Shown here: one piece after another, positions 38,373 to 50,200 of the stretch
How positions within the stretch are numbered: position 1 is the first letter of the stretch
Layout: each line of letters opens with the position of its first letter
From: an uncultured Thermoplasmata archaeon
Lineage (GTDB): Archaea; Thermoplasmatota; Thermoplasmata; Lutacidiplasmatales; UBA184
Direction of reading: 5' to 3'
DNA length: 64,000 nucleotides
Assembly: GCA_963749205.1 (NCBI GenBank)
Contig: CAVVLW010000007.1
Coordinates: 390,794 to 454,793, forward strand
Translations under genes and position numbers: made by a program
Notes under the pieces: model-generated
Databases searched by the model: none
Told to the model about the DNA's origin: nothing
What the model saw: only the letters and a program-made list of their open reading frames with translations

Positions 38373-38732
38373 ATGACGGGTGAAGACGCCCCCGGTGCCG
38401 ACGAAAAGGACCGCCACCTCCATGTCCGGCTGACGGACGACCGGTCGTCGATCTACGACCTCGTCACGGAGTACCTGCAGGCCTCGGGCAAAGCTCCCGA
38501 CTGGTACTGGCGAACCGCCGGACGCCTCGAAGGGGCGGACGCGGAGAATCTCGAGGAGCTCCTGTCGAGTGCCTTCGAGGCAGGGGCGTTCGTCGCGCAC
38601 GAACACCCCGAGGACGTCGAGTTCCTCTGGGTCACCGAAGAGGAGTGCGAGAAGGAGCGTCGTCGCGAAGAGCACGGCGAGGATCGCGAAGCCGCGAAGA
38701 AAGAACGCTCGAGCCTGAGCCACTACGCGTAG
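38373..38732 (+). CDS. Acidic hypothetical protein (119 aa)
   Basis: Strong G/C third-position bias in this frame. CCTTATAGC box centred 27 nt upstream of ATG 38373. No family recognised. Confidence 0.5.
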   Translation: MTGEDAPGADEKDRHLHVRLTDDRSSIYDLVTEYLQASGKAPDWYWRTAGRLEGADAENLEELLSSAFEAGAFVAHEHPEDVEFLWVTEEECEKERRREEHGEDREAAKKERSSLSHYA

Positions 38733-38736
38733 CCCG

Positions 38737-39516
38737 TTACGCTTCCGAGCCCGCGGTCCATCGAAGGCTCCCGCCCCCGTCGACGACCAGGGTCTCCCCG
38801 GTGATGAACCGGGCCATGTCGGAGGCGAGGAAAACGACCGCCGCTGCGACGTCGTCCGGTTCTCCCCACCGGCCTCGCGGGATCCCTTTCCGCAGCGCCT
38901 CGCGCGGCCCCACCGCCTCGTGGAGCGCCGCGGTCATGGCTGTTCGGACCCACCCCGGGGCGACCGCGTTGACGCGCACGTTCGGACCAAGGGCGAGAGC
39001 CAGGCTGCGGGTGAGCGAGAGCACCCCAGCCTTCGCGACCGAGTAGGCGAGCAGGTCCGGTGCGGCGACGAGCCCGCTGATCGACGAGATGAACGTCACC
39101 GACCCGCCGGACGCCGGGAGGTGGGGCCGCGCGGCGCGCACGAGGGAGTACATCCCGACCAGGTTGGTCTCGAAGACCTCCCTCCACGCCTGCGCCGAGA
39201 CCGCCTCCCAACCCCGCGGACCCGAGATTCCCGCGTTGGCGACGACGATCTCGATACGCCCCATCTGCGTGCGAACCTTCTGGACGAGGTCCTCGGTCTC
39301 GTCCGGTTGGCCGGCGTCACTCGGGATCGCAAGGGCGCGGCGCCCGAGGTGCTCGACCGAGGAGACGACCTCCCGCGCGCCCTTCGCGTCCTTACGGTAA
39401 CTGAAGGCGACGTCCGCCCCCTCGCTCGCGAGGGCGACGACGATCGCCCTCCCTATCCCGCGAGAGCCTCCAGTGACGAGGGCGACCTTGCCGGCGAATC
39501 GCGGGATCTCGTTCAT
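38737..39516 (-). CDS. Short-chain dehydrogenase/reductase (FabG-like)
   Basis: KVALVTGGSRGIGRAI, NAGI, SSISG..YSVAKAG, PGWVRT. Internal ATG of the 478-aa ORF. Confidence 0.9.
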   Translation of the reverse strand: MNEIPRFAGKVALVTGGSRGIGRAIVVALASEGADVAFSYRKDAKGAREVVSSVEHLGRRALAIPSDAGQPDETEDLVQKVRTQMGRIEIVVANAGISGPRGWEAVSAQAWREVFETNLVGMYSLVRAARPHLPASGGSVTFISSISGLVAAPDLLAYSVAKAGVLSLTRSLALALGPNVRVNAVAPGWVRTAMTAALHEAVGPREALRKGIPRGRWGEPDDVAAAVVFLASDMARFITGETLVVDGGGSLRWTAGSEA

Positions 39517-40267
39517 CGAAGCGGGATGCCCCCATCTACCCCAAGCACGAGGCCGGTGACCCAATCGGCCTCCAGGCTCAGGAGATAGCGAACCGCGGGT
39601 GCGACGTCGTCCGGGTCTCCCCACCGGCCGAGCGGGGTCGCCTTCACTACCTGAGCATAGAAGGTGGGATCCTCTTGGCCGGCTCGATTCATGTCGGTGC
39701 GGATGAAACCGGGCGCGATGGAGTTCACCCGGATCCGAGGGGCGAGTTCGAGCGCGAGCGCGCGGGTCAGCTGTTCGACGCCGGCCTTCGCGGCCTGGTA
39801 CGCCACGCCACCGACCCCCGCATGCGCGCCGAGGACCGAGGAGACGGTGACGATCGCGGGGCGCACGCTCTTTCGCAGGTACGGGAGGGCGGTCTGGATC
39901 GTGCGGAACGTCCCCTCGAGGTCGGTGCGTAGGACGACTCGAGAACTCGCTCGGTCCGACCGCATCGCTGTCGTCGCCCCGGTAGATCCCCGCCGCGGTG
40001 ACGACCCCGTCCAGCCGTCCCTTCCAATCCCCCGCGGCCCGGACCATCTTCGTGGTTTCCTCCAAGTTCGCGACATCGGCCGCGACGACCCGAGCGCTCG
40101 ACCCCGAGGCTGACCAGCTCTGCGCGCACTGCTTCCGCACGAGCCGGATTGGCCCGGTGGTGGACCACGACATCCGACCCCGCCCGGCCGAGCTCGAGCG
40201 CGATCGCGCGCCCGATGCCCCGGGACGACCCCGTCACGAGGACGACGCGACCCGACAGGTCGAACAC
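39513..40267 (-). CDS. Short-chain dehydrogenase/reductase, two frame breaks (near 40105 and 39960)
   Basis: RVVLVTGSSRGIGRAI.. / ..VAADVANLEETTKMV..LDGVVTAAGI / ..VSSVLG..YQAAKAGVEQL..PGFIRTDM. Confidence 0.8.
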
Positions 40268-40514
40268 GTACCGAGATGGTCGCGCCCGTGGAAAACTCTA
40301 CTGCCGGGGTCGGGGGTAGATCGTGGGCCCAAATGTGGGCACAGAAGCAAGCGGGCGTAGGGGTCGCACCCAAGGCGCTCGAGGCGCCGTTCGGTGTCGG
40401 TCCTACGGTTCCTTCTTCTTGTCGTTACATCCGCAGGTGTCGCACATCGTGGTCCTCGATCGGGGCAGGGGACCTGCCCTAATCAATCGCGCGGCCGGAC
40501 GGCGCGGGCCTGAT

Positions 40515-42633
40515 TCAGATCGGGATGAACGAGTGGGCGACGATCAGGGCAATGAACAGGATCGAGATCGTGTTGACGACCTTGATCAGCGGGTTGATCG
40601 CTGGGCCCGCTGTGTCCTTCGTCGCGTCCCCGACCGTATCTCCGACGATCGCGGCCTTGTGGGCGTCCGAGCCCTTGCCGCCGAAGTGGCCGCTCTCGAT
40701 GTACTTCTTCGCGTTGTCCCACGCCGCGCCGCCCGTCGTCATCGTGAGCGCGAGGGGGAAGCCCGAAACGATGACGCCGAGGAGGAGCCCCGCGAGCGCG
40801 ACCGGACCGAGGAAGAATCCGACCGCGAGCGGGGTCGCGACCGCGATGATCGCGGGGACCGCCAGCTGGCGGATCGCGGTGACCGTGACGATGTCGACGC
40901 ACTTTCCGTAGTCCGCCTTGGCCTTTCCCTCGAGCAAGCCCGGGATCTCCTTGAACTGCCGACGGATCTCGAAGACCATTCGCTCGGCGGCGATCCCGAC
41001 CGCGTTCATCAGGAACGAAGTGAAGAAGAACGGCAAGGACCGCGCCGATCACGAGCCCCGCGACCACGAGCGGCGTGCTGAGCGTCAGGAGCGCGGTGAA
41101 TGTTCCCCACGACTGGCCCCAGCTGGACGCCGCCGCGAAGGTGTACGCCGCGAAGAGGGCGAGCGCCGCCAGGACCGCCGAGGCGATGGCGTACCCCTTC
41201 GTGATCGCCTTGGTCGTGTTCCCGACCGCGTCGAGGGGGTCGGTGATCGCCCGCGCTTCCGCGGGGAGGTTGGCCATCTCGGCAATCCCCCCCGCGTTGT
41301 CGGTGATCGGTCCGAAGGCGTCGATCGAGATGATCATCCCGGTCACGGAGAGCATGCTCGCGGCCGCGAGGCCGATACCGTACAGGCCCAGGTACGGGTC
41401 GGGCGAAGTCGAGACGCCGAGCCAGCCCGCGGAGGCGTAGGCGATGAGCGTCCCGGCGACGACGACGATCCCGGGCATCCACGCCGACTGCAGCCCGACC
41501 GAGAGACCGCTGATCACGGTCGTTCCGGCACCGGCCTTCGCCGCTTCGGCGATCTGATGGACCGGGCGATAACTCGCGCTCGTGTAGTAGTCGGTGATGA
41601 CGACGATGAGGATCATCACGATGAGCCCAACGGCAGTCGCGACGAAGATCCCCGTGTTCCCGTTCATGAAGTAGTAGTCGAGGAGGTAGAGGCCCAGGAG
41701 CCCCACGGCCGTGGTGGCGGCGAGGCCCTGATAGAGCGCCCCCATGATCGAGACGCCGGCGCGCATCCGAACGAAGAGCGTTCCGACGATCGTCGCGATG
41801 ATCGCCCAGGCGCAGACGAGGAGCGGGAACAGGATCGCGTTCGGGAACAGGGTGAGCAGCATCGGGTAGACGCCCGGCTTGCCGATGAGATAGGCGAGCA
41901 GCATCGCCGCCATCGCGGTCACGACGTACGTCTCGAACAGGTCCGCGGCCATTCCGGCGCAGTCGCCGACGTTGTCCCCGACGTTGTCGGCGATGACCCC
42001 CGGGTTCCGGGGGTCGTCCTCGGGGATTCCGGCTTCGACCTTGCCGACCAGGTCCGTCCCGACGTCGGCTCCCTTGGTGTAGATGCCACCGCCGACTCGC
42101 GCGAAGAGGCTCATGAGGGAAGCGCCGAAGAGGAGCCCGACCATGTCGAGCACGTTCCCACCGAAGGCCCAGTAGAACCCGACCAGCTCGAGCAGGGCAA
42201 GTCCTGCCACCGAAAGGCCCGTGACGCTCCCGCCGCGGAAGGCGAAGCTCATCGTCGCGGGAAGGTTGCCCTTCCGAGCGTGGGCGGCGGTCCGCACGTT
42301 GGCCCGCACGCTGACGAACATCCCGACCGCCCCGGCGAGGGCGCTCCCCGCCACCCCGAAGATGAACCCGACCGCAAGCCGGGCGCCTTCACCGGTGATG
42401 CCGAAGGCGAGGCCGATGACGACCGCGAGGATGATCGCGATGACGAATACGACCGTGTACTCTCGCCGTAGGAACGCGTTCGCGCCCTCCCGGATCGCCG
42501 CCGAGATCTCGCGCATCTTCTCGTCTCCCTCGTCCTCTCGCAGGACGAGCGCGGTCTGGACGCCGGCGTAGGCGAGGCTCAGGATCGACGCGAGGAAAAT
42601 GAGCAACTCCAACTGACCCATGCTGAGGTTCAT
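40515..42633 (-). CDS. hppA: Membrane-integral H+/Na+-translocating pyrophosphatase (frame break near 41040)
   Basis: EGANAFLRREY.., GGIYTKGADVGTDLVGKVE, DNVGDNVGDCAGMAADLFE; the C-terminus, in a second frame, gives ..GGAAWDNAKKYIE..HKAAIVGDTVGD. Confidence 0.9.
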
Positions 42634-42759
42634 GCCACTGCCCCGAAATTCGAGGGCGGCTGAACGGAGCGCTTAATAAAGCCTTGTGGGAGAACCACCC
42701 CCCTCACCGGCGCGGCTCCGACACTACTGTTATACTTAGGAACGCCACACGTCTACGCG

Positions 42760-42960
42760 ATGATCCCGACCCCCACCCCGGGCGACGCGAATGCCCGCCG
42801 GTCTCGCGTCACGTGCTCGGTGTGCGGCCGAGCGGTCGAACTCGCCCGGCTGCGGGAGCACCTGCGCTCCGAGCACGGGTCGAACAGTGCGGACCTCGAC
42901 ACGATGTACCTGAACGCCCGTATCGAGGCGAAACGGACCCGGCGCGCGCAGACTCGCTAA
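42760..42960 (+). CDS. Small C2H2-type zinc-finger-like protein (66 aa)
   Basis: CSVCGRAVELARLREHLRSEH. TTATACTTA box centred 27 nt upstream of the ATG. The 3' end overlaps the thrS stop by 4 nt (convergent). Confidence 0.5.
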   Translation: MIPTPTPGDANARRSRVTCSVCGRAVELARLREHLRSEHGSNSADLDTMYLNARIEAKRTRRAQTR

Positions 42961-44875
42961 GGGTCGAACTCTCGCTTTCGGATCCGCTCGAGCACATGCG
43001 CCGTGAATTCGGCGCGGGAGTGGCTCTGCGACTCCTTGGAGCCCCGGGTCCGGACCGAAACCACTCCCTCCGCCGCCTCCTTGTCGCCGAGCACGACCAC
43101 GTACGGGATCCGGTCGAACTCGGCGGTTCGGACCCGCTTCGAGATCGACTCTTCTGGGCTCGCGACCTCGGCTCGGATCCCGTCCCGTGCAGCTCATCGA
43201 CGAGGCCCTGGGCCGCCGCCGCGTGACGGTCTGCGATCGGAAGCACCCGCACCTGGACCGGGGCAAGCCACGGCGGGAACCGCCCCGCGGAGTGCTCGAT
43301 GAAGACTCCGAGGAAGCGCTCCCAGGTCCCCAGGATCGTCCGATGGATCACGACGGGGGTATGCAACTGGCCGTCGGGTCCCTGATATTCGAGCTTGAAA
43401 CGGGCCGGGATCTGGTAGTCCAGCTGGATCGTTCCCGTCTGCCAGGGACGCCCGAGCGAGTCGCGCACGTGGATGTCGATCTTCGGGCCGTAGAACGCGC
43501 CTTCCCCGGGGGAGACCCGGTACTTGACCCCGGACTCCCGCAGCACCTTCTCGAGCGTCGCCTCCGCCTTGTCCCAAACAGCCGCCTCGCCGAGGAACGA
43601 CGCGGGGCGGGTGGAGAGCTCGTAGGACCACTCCAGTCGGAACGTGGTGAACGCTTGGCGGACCCACTCGAGTAGGCGACGGATCTCCTCCTCGATCTGG
43701 TCCTCCGTCACGAACAGATGCGCGTCGTCCTGAACGAGCTCTCGCACGCGGGTGAGCCCGTGGAGGGTTCCGCTCGCTTCGAGCCGGTGAAGCGGCGCGA
43801 ACTCCGCCAGCCGGAGCGGGAGCTCCCGGTAACTGCGGGACCGCGACCGGAAGATCAGCATCGACCCGGGACAGTTCATCGGTTTCCAACCGAACGTGCG
43901 TTCGTCCACGACGGAGAGGAACATGTTCTCCCGGTAATGTTCCCAGTGACCGCTCGTCTCGTAGACGGACTGGGCGAAGAGCAGGGGTGTCCGGATCTCG
44001 GAATATCCGGCTTCCTTCAACTGTTCCGTAACGAATTTCTCGAGCTCTCGGACGACGATCATTCCCTTGGGGAGCCAGAAGGGAAAACCGGGCGCCTCGT
44101 CCACGAACATGAAAAGTTCCTGTTTGGCGCCGATGAGGCGATGGTCGCGCGCTTCGGCCTCCGCCCGCATCTTGAGAAACGCGTCGAGCTCGGCTTTGGT
44201 GGGGAATCCGATGCCGCGGATGCGCTGCAGGGCAACCGTCTCTTCCGCCGCTTCGCGCTCGATGGCCGAGAACCCGAGGATCTGTACCCCCTCGAGCCAG
44301 TGTGTGTCGGGGACGTGCGGGCCGCGGCAGAGATCGACGAAGGTGCCGGTCTCATACACCGAGACGGGCTCGCCGGAGGGGACCTCCGCGATGTAACGGA
44401 GCTTGTGCGGATTCGCCTCGAAAAGCCGCTCGGCGTCGTCCTTGGAGATCTCCCGACGGACAAACTTCTCTTTGGCCTCGATCGAGCTACGCATCGCGGC
44501 GCGGACCTGGTCCAGGTCGGTCGGGAGCAACGGGCGGACCTCGAAGTCATAATAGAAGCCCTCGTCGGTAGGGGGCCCGACCGTCGGCTTCGCCTCCGGG
44601 ATCGTCTCCACCACCGCCTTGGCCACGAGATGCGCGGCCGAGTGCTGCAGGATGTCCCGGCCGGCCCGGTCCTCGAAGGTGAGGGGAGCCAGAGTGCAGT
44701 CGCGTTCGAGGGGCGTCGCAAGGTCGACCGCTTGGCCATCGAGCAGGGCGGCAAGGAACACTGGAACCCGTTCGGGGGCCCAGTCCGCGAGCACGCTGGC
44801 GACCCGGGTGCCTACGTCGACCTCGCGATGATGGCCCTCCGGCAGCCGAATCGTGACTCGGCTCGCGGTCACCAT
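42957..44875 (-). CDS. thrS: Threonyl-tRNA synthetase (frame break near 43180)
   Basis: TGS/editing and class II core: HSAAHLVAKAV..GFYYDF, CRGPHV, RDHRLIG, FWLPKG, SGHWEHY, MNCPG, RVRELVQDDAH, GAFYGPKID; the anticodon-binding domain continues in another frame (IRAEVASPEESISKRVR..IPYVVVLGDKE). Confidence 0.9.
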
Positions 44876-45059
44876 GGAGTGTTCCCGGGCGTGCCGACCT
44901 CGTCCGAGTTCAAAACAGTTCGGTCCCAGGAACCCTCGATTTTCCGAGGTGAAATCCAAACGGAGGACTCACTTGGGGCGAGAGTTACGCTCGAAGTCAC
45001 GGGGAGACGGGTCGTCGCGACGGCCCCCCTTCCGACTTCAGGGCCCTCCCAAGCACGTT

Positions 45060-45436
45060 TCACAGGAGTGCCGAAGACACCAGGAGTACGGCTCCGATGA
45101 CCAACAGAGCGACTCCGCCCCAGCCGAGTCTCTCGTCGTTCCAGACCGTTTCCGTCGCAAAGAACGCGGACTCGCTCTCGATACTGGAGCCCACGGCGGC
45201 GAAGAGGGCGCGGTCCTCGTCATCCGCGGGCTCGTAGGTTCCGGGCCGCCCGCTCGCGCTCGGCTTCGTAACGTCGTATTGCCCTCGCAAACCCGCGCGT
45301 CGAGCTCGGTACTCTGAACATCCGAACTGAGCCGGTGCTTCTGTCGCGCCGCTAAGGGGTCTAGATAAATCGCGACGATTGGGGTCGCTCCACCCGCGCA
45401 AAACAGAATGCCGATGACCAACAGTGGGTCGTTCAC
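45060..45436 (-). CDS. Small two-TM hypothetical protein (frame break near 45320)
   Basis: N-terminal MNDPLLVIGILFCAGGATPIVAIY and C-terminal WGGVALLVIGAVLLVSSALL* lie in different frames. No family recognised. Confidence 0.3.
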
Positions 45437-45982
45437 GTGTCAGGCCCCGGAAGCCGCAGGACGATCCTGTAAACGCCAGGCCTATTCGACGTTTTATCCT
45501 GACATCTCCGTGGGGACCAAAATCGAAGCGGCGCACACAGCTGTTGCGACCTCCCGCCAACCAAGGGAACCCGTACCCCTGCGCGTCCTGAATCGGGGCT
45601 AAGGCCCCGGGAGAGGGGCATCGTGTCGGGACGCGCTCAGCCGGTCCACCATCTGAGATCGGGTCGGAGCGTTGCCCTTCCGGGGGTCCCACCGACCGCG
45701 CCCTGTCCGACCTCGCCCACCGCTCGCGCTCTGCTCCTGTTCGGTCCTCCACGGCTCAGGAGCCAACCCCTTCGGCCCGGGGAGGCCCCGGGCGAATCTT
45801 TCTTTCGTGCGGTGCGGTGCACGGCGCACCAATCGCGGCGGTCCTAAAAATCCACGTTTGGAGCTGGTGCCAGGAGGAGGAGATCACAGCCCCCGGAGGT
45901 CTGACACCGTGGAGGGCGGTGGGGGCTCGGCCTCGCACCCGCCAACCTTGTCCAATGCGCGGTCGAAGCAGAATCCGGTTGG

Positions 45983-47299
45983 CTAGTATTGGACCTTCCT
46001 CAAGGAGGTCATTGTGGCGGCGCTCAACCCGAGGACCACGACGATGATCGCCCCCGACAGGACAAAGACGATTCCCACGGACCACTTCTGGGCAAGCCAC
46101 CCTGCGAAGATGGGGCCGGCGGGTCCCGTGCTCGAGATGAATGCGGAGAGCGACGCTCCGACCCGCCCGAGCATCCGCCGGGAACCTTCGCCTGGATCAC
46201 GATCTGCATTGGGATGTTCGTGATGGCGAGCGAGATTCCCAAGGCGACCATCAACGCGAGCGCGATCGGCAAGGCCCCGATCAACCCCAGGGCGAGGGTG
46301 ACCGCCCCGACGGCGATCCCGCCTCCGAAGAGGTAGCGGCCGGCCGTCCGAGACGTGTGTCCAACCGACCGATTGTGGTCGCCCCGATTAGAGATCCTAC
46401 TGCGACCGCAGCACCGAGGAAGCCGTAGGCGGCGGCGTTTCCGTGGAGAACGAACGAGGCGTAGGGGGCGAAGAGAGCAAAGAGCCCGTTACCGAAGAAG
46501 TTCACGGCGATTCCGATGATGATGATTTCGACCATGAACCGGTTCGGCGGATGAAGGCGAAACCTTCCGCCAGTTCCGATCGAAATCGGTGGGGGCTCGA
46601 AGGGACTTCGGGCTCCGTTGCGCCTCTCGCTCGGGGTATCAATAGGAGCAGGACGGCGGCGGCAAAGAAGGACAATGCATCGTACTCGATGGGGATGGTC
46701 ACACCCAGCAGGGCGACGAACACGCCCCCCAGCGCGAACCCGACGATCTGGTTCAATGAGCCGCTCAGGGACAGAAGGCCATTGGCCGGAGGGAGGTCTA
46801 CCACGGGAACGACCGACGGCACGTACGCGTTGGTCGCCACCCGCACGGTCGTGGCTCCCGAACCAAGCATCAGTACGATGGCGAAGAGGACAGTCAAATT
46901 CGCTTGTCCAGCGATCACCACGCCCGAAAGTCCTGCGATGACCAGGCCTTGCACGATATTCGTTACGATGAGGGTCCTCCGCCGATTCCACCGGTCGATG
47001 TACACCCCCAGCAAGGGCCCCAGAATGACCCCGGGAAGAATCGTTCCCGCGGCTATGATCGCCACCGCAAACGCCGAGTGGGTCAGCTCGAGGACCAGCC
47101 AAAGCAGAGCGACCTCGAAAATGTAATCGCCGGACTGGGACACCATTTCGGCGAGCCACAGAAAGAAGAACGGACGATTCCGGAGTGTTCGGCGGTAGCT
47201 TGGTCTTCGACCGTCGTCGCGCGGAGGCATCGCGGTGGCGCTGGTCGAAGAACCTCGCGGGGTCCCGGCGTCGTCGGGAGACCCCGATGTCGACAACAT
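45983..47299 (-). CDS. MFS transporter (three frame breaks near 46555, 46345 and 46178)
   Basis: RNRPFFFLWLAEMVSQSGDYIFEVALLWLV..YIDRWNRRRTL..; later helices continue in three other frames and end ..GIVFVLSGAIIVVVLGLS..*. Confidence 0.7.
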
Positions 47300-47519
47300 G
47301 GGAAAACTGAGGACCCGAGACTAGGTTTTAGCGGTTGCCGAGAACGTCCCTGCCGCTCACGACGCGGGGCCGCTCCGGCCGGAAGCGCGTGTGCGTGCAA
47401 TCGAATGGCGACGGAAGCAGACCATCGCCTCGAGGATCCGGCCCTTCATCCCCGGAATGGCTTCGCGAGCCCGATGCGACGCCCCAGGCTGGCGCGTCCT
47501 CGCGATCCCGCGCAGGAGA

Positions 47520-48545
47520 ATGCTATCGGGCTGCACACCGGTGCTGGCTCCGCAAGAGATCTCACGCAAGGGGTTATCTGATAGATTCGTTTCGCCGACG
47601 CAGAGGCACACCACGGTAGCGTACGATCCGGCGGGCGATTCGCTGGAGCTCGAAGAAGAGGATAGCAAGGAGCCGGAGGGGCCCCGTGAAACGGACCCCG
47701 CCACCCTCGAATTCGTGAAACGGACGGGGTCGTTCATCCTCGTGTTAGTGGCCCCTCTCCCGGTGTTCCAGATTTCTCCCACGCGCGCCCAAGCCGCCAC
47801 ACTGGGCGTGGCCGAAGAGCACTTTATCGAGAATTTCATCGACCACGTGAAGCACTCGTCCATTCCCCGCGACCGGAGGGTCCTGCACCTGGTACTCCAC
47901 AGTCACGGGGGCGCCGAGTCCACATCGTTCGTCATCTCGAAGAGCCTTCGGAAGAACTTTGGCCGGGTCGTGACGTATGTGCCCCATGTCGCGGCCAGTG
48001 GGGCAACCGTCATCGCGTTGCCCTCCGATGAGATCGTCATGGGAGAGATCAGCCGCTCTCCCCGATCGATGTACAGATCCATACCCCTACCGGGAGCCGA
48101 TCCGCGCTCTCGACGATTCGAGGCGTCGAGGCGATGAATCGCAAGTACCGCGAAGACGCGAGCCGAGGACATCCCTTACCCGGACAAGGTCTTGATTGAA
48201 TCCATCGACCTTCCCACGTGGGACGAAATGCGGGGGTTCCTATCCATGGCCGAGAGGTACGCGAAGGAATTGTTGCGAATTGGGGGCTTTTCCGCGAAGA
48301 GTGCAGCGGAAATCTCCCGGACGCTGGTCTACTCCTATCACGAACATGACTCGGTCATCGACCTGGATGAAGCTCAGCGCATCGGGCTACGGGCAGTCTC
48401 CGCCGACGATCGGACCGACGCCTGGCCGCTCGTGAAGCACCTCTACAGCAAGTACCTCTGGGTCGAGAGCCCATACCATCACATCAAGTACGTTCTCCCG
48501 AGCCCTGCGCTTCCGCGGCCGAAAGCCCGGAAACGCGCCGCGTGA
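47520..48545 (+). CDS. SDH-family (ClpP/SppA-fold) serine protease-like protein (frame breaks near 48055 and 48185)
   Basis: ..RRVLHLVLHSHGGAESTSFVISKSLRKNFGRVVTYVPHVAASGATVIALPSDEIVMGE resembles the 'LHTPGG...A.SGGT.IALAADEIVM' core of the PF01972-type family. GGAG precedes the ATG. Lower G+C than the flanks. Confidence 0.6.
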
Positions 48546-48850
48546 TCGGGGCACGAGACGGTTAGGCACCGAACCGACTGACCCGTGTTCGGGAGTCGTA
48601 TCGGAAACCGCGCCCGGATTCGCGCACCGGGCACCCCCCGGAGCTTGACTCCGCCGGAATCCAGCCTAGCAGCGTCCGAGCGGGGGTGGTAGCTCTCGGA
48701 GGGTCCAGGGAAATCACCCTCCAGGGGTCCGGGGCGAATTTCGGTCAGGTGGCCAATGCGACTCTGACCCGGGGCCGTCCATCGATCGTAAGATCCGGCC
48801 GAAAGATGGACCTCTAAGGGACCCACTCGGGCGTCGCGTACGGATCGAGA

Positions 48851-50177
48851 TTAGCGGCGGGAGAGAGAAATCAAACTCATTTCATCCGGGGTGAGCCCCA
48901 ACGATTCTGCCTGACGTGCCCAGATCTTGGCCATGTTATCTTGGAGCGTCGCGTAGTGCCGCGAGTCATCCTCGACCTTCAGCATCTCCGAGATTACCGT
49001 CCGGCAGAGGGTGTCGAAGAAGACCCGGGTGTGAGGAGATAGCGCGAGGGCCCCATCGATGGTGTTGTGGGGGCGTGCCAACTCTCCCAGGCAGATGTCG
49101 CCCACCAACGTGGGGTACCACAGGTCGGTGTCGCAGCGAGCTTGAACGCTCTCGAGCGTGGTCACCCGGTCATAGTGAGCTCTCTTGATCATATAGCGAT
49201 CCGTCGGGAAATCTTCCTGGAGAACATTCCCCATGCGCTCGTTCTTGAACAGGTAGCAGGGATAGACCTCCCCATCCGGGAACACGGTCACGTTTCGATT
49301 GAGCTGACAGACCCAATCGTAGGCGGGTACCTTCGATAGGAATTTTCCGATGGAACGGACCGCGAAGTTCTCGAAGAGAAAATCGCGCCCGAAGTACTCT
49401 GGGCTGCTTAACGCTCTGACCATGGCGGTCGCATACTCGCGGACGTAATTCCGGAAGAGGTCGATATCCGATATCGCCGTCGTCTTGTCGGCGGACATGT
49501 AGACAGGCTGCACCTTGACAGTCCGAGCGAACCGATTCAGATACCGGACCAGATCATAGGATGCTCACGCCGTGTTGAACGTGCACGTTCGTGTAGGTAG
49601 CCTCGATCGCGAAGTGGATCCCTTCCCGCTTCAGCCAATCCATGTTGGAGACGATCTGGGTAAAGTGTCCCTGATTCGACTTATCCGGACGGAGGGTGTT
49701 ATTGATCGCCTCGTTCCCGTCGAGGCTCACGGTCAGCACGAACTTATTCTGATGCAATAGGTCGATGATTTCGTCGTTCAGCACCGTTCCGTTGGTCGTC
49801 ATGCCGTAGAGCATCGGCGTGCGAAGATGTTCCTTCACGTGGTCGCAGACCTTCCGGATGATTCGATAGTTCAGGAGAGGCTCGCCGCCAAAGATCTTGA
49901 TCAGGTTGATCGACGGGTGGACCCGGACCATCTTGTCCACCGCGGTGATCGCCACGTCTTCCTTCATCAGCGTGGGAGTCCCCCCGTAGCTTCCCCCTCC
50001 GGCGAAGCAATACCGACAGGCAAGGTTGCACGCGGTCGACACCATCAGGACGAGGCTATTGACAGAGCTCTGGGGACCGACTGCGGCGATCGGCGCCTCC
50101 ACTTGAGGCGAGGGAAAAACCCCCCTCGACCCTCGATTCTCTTCGGGATGGAGGACCATCAGGGCCTGCGAAGTCAT
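48851..50177 (-). CDS. Radical SAM peptide-maturase-like enzyme with SPASM/twitch-type C-terminal domain (single frame break near 49558)
   Basis: CNLACRYCFAGGG (CxxxCxxC), FGGEPLLN, TTNGT, SLDG. C-terminal half: CQLNRNVTVFPDGEVYPC (Cx11Gx4C), then C..x13..C. GGGAGGT Shine-Dalgarno-like element before the ATG. Confidence 0.8.
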
Positions 50178-50200
50178 TCGCCGAACCTCCCATCCCTGTG

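Noticed and set aside
45661-45700. SRP RNA helix-8-like motif (CCCCCGGAAGGGCAAC) on the minus strand
   Set aside because: The conserved AGCA of the symmetric loop is missing, and I could not build helix 5/6 or an Alu domain around it. It is kept only as a low-interest candidate region, not called as a feature.
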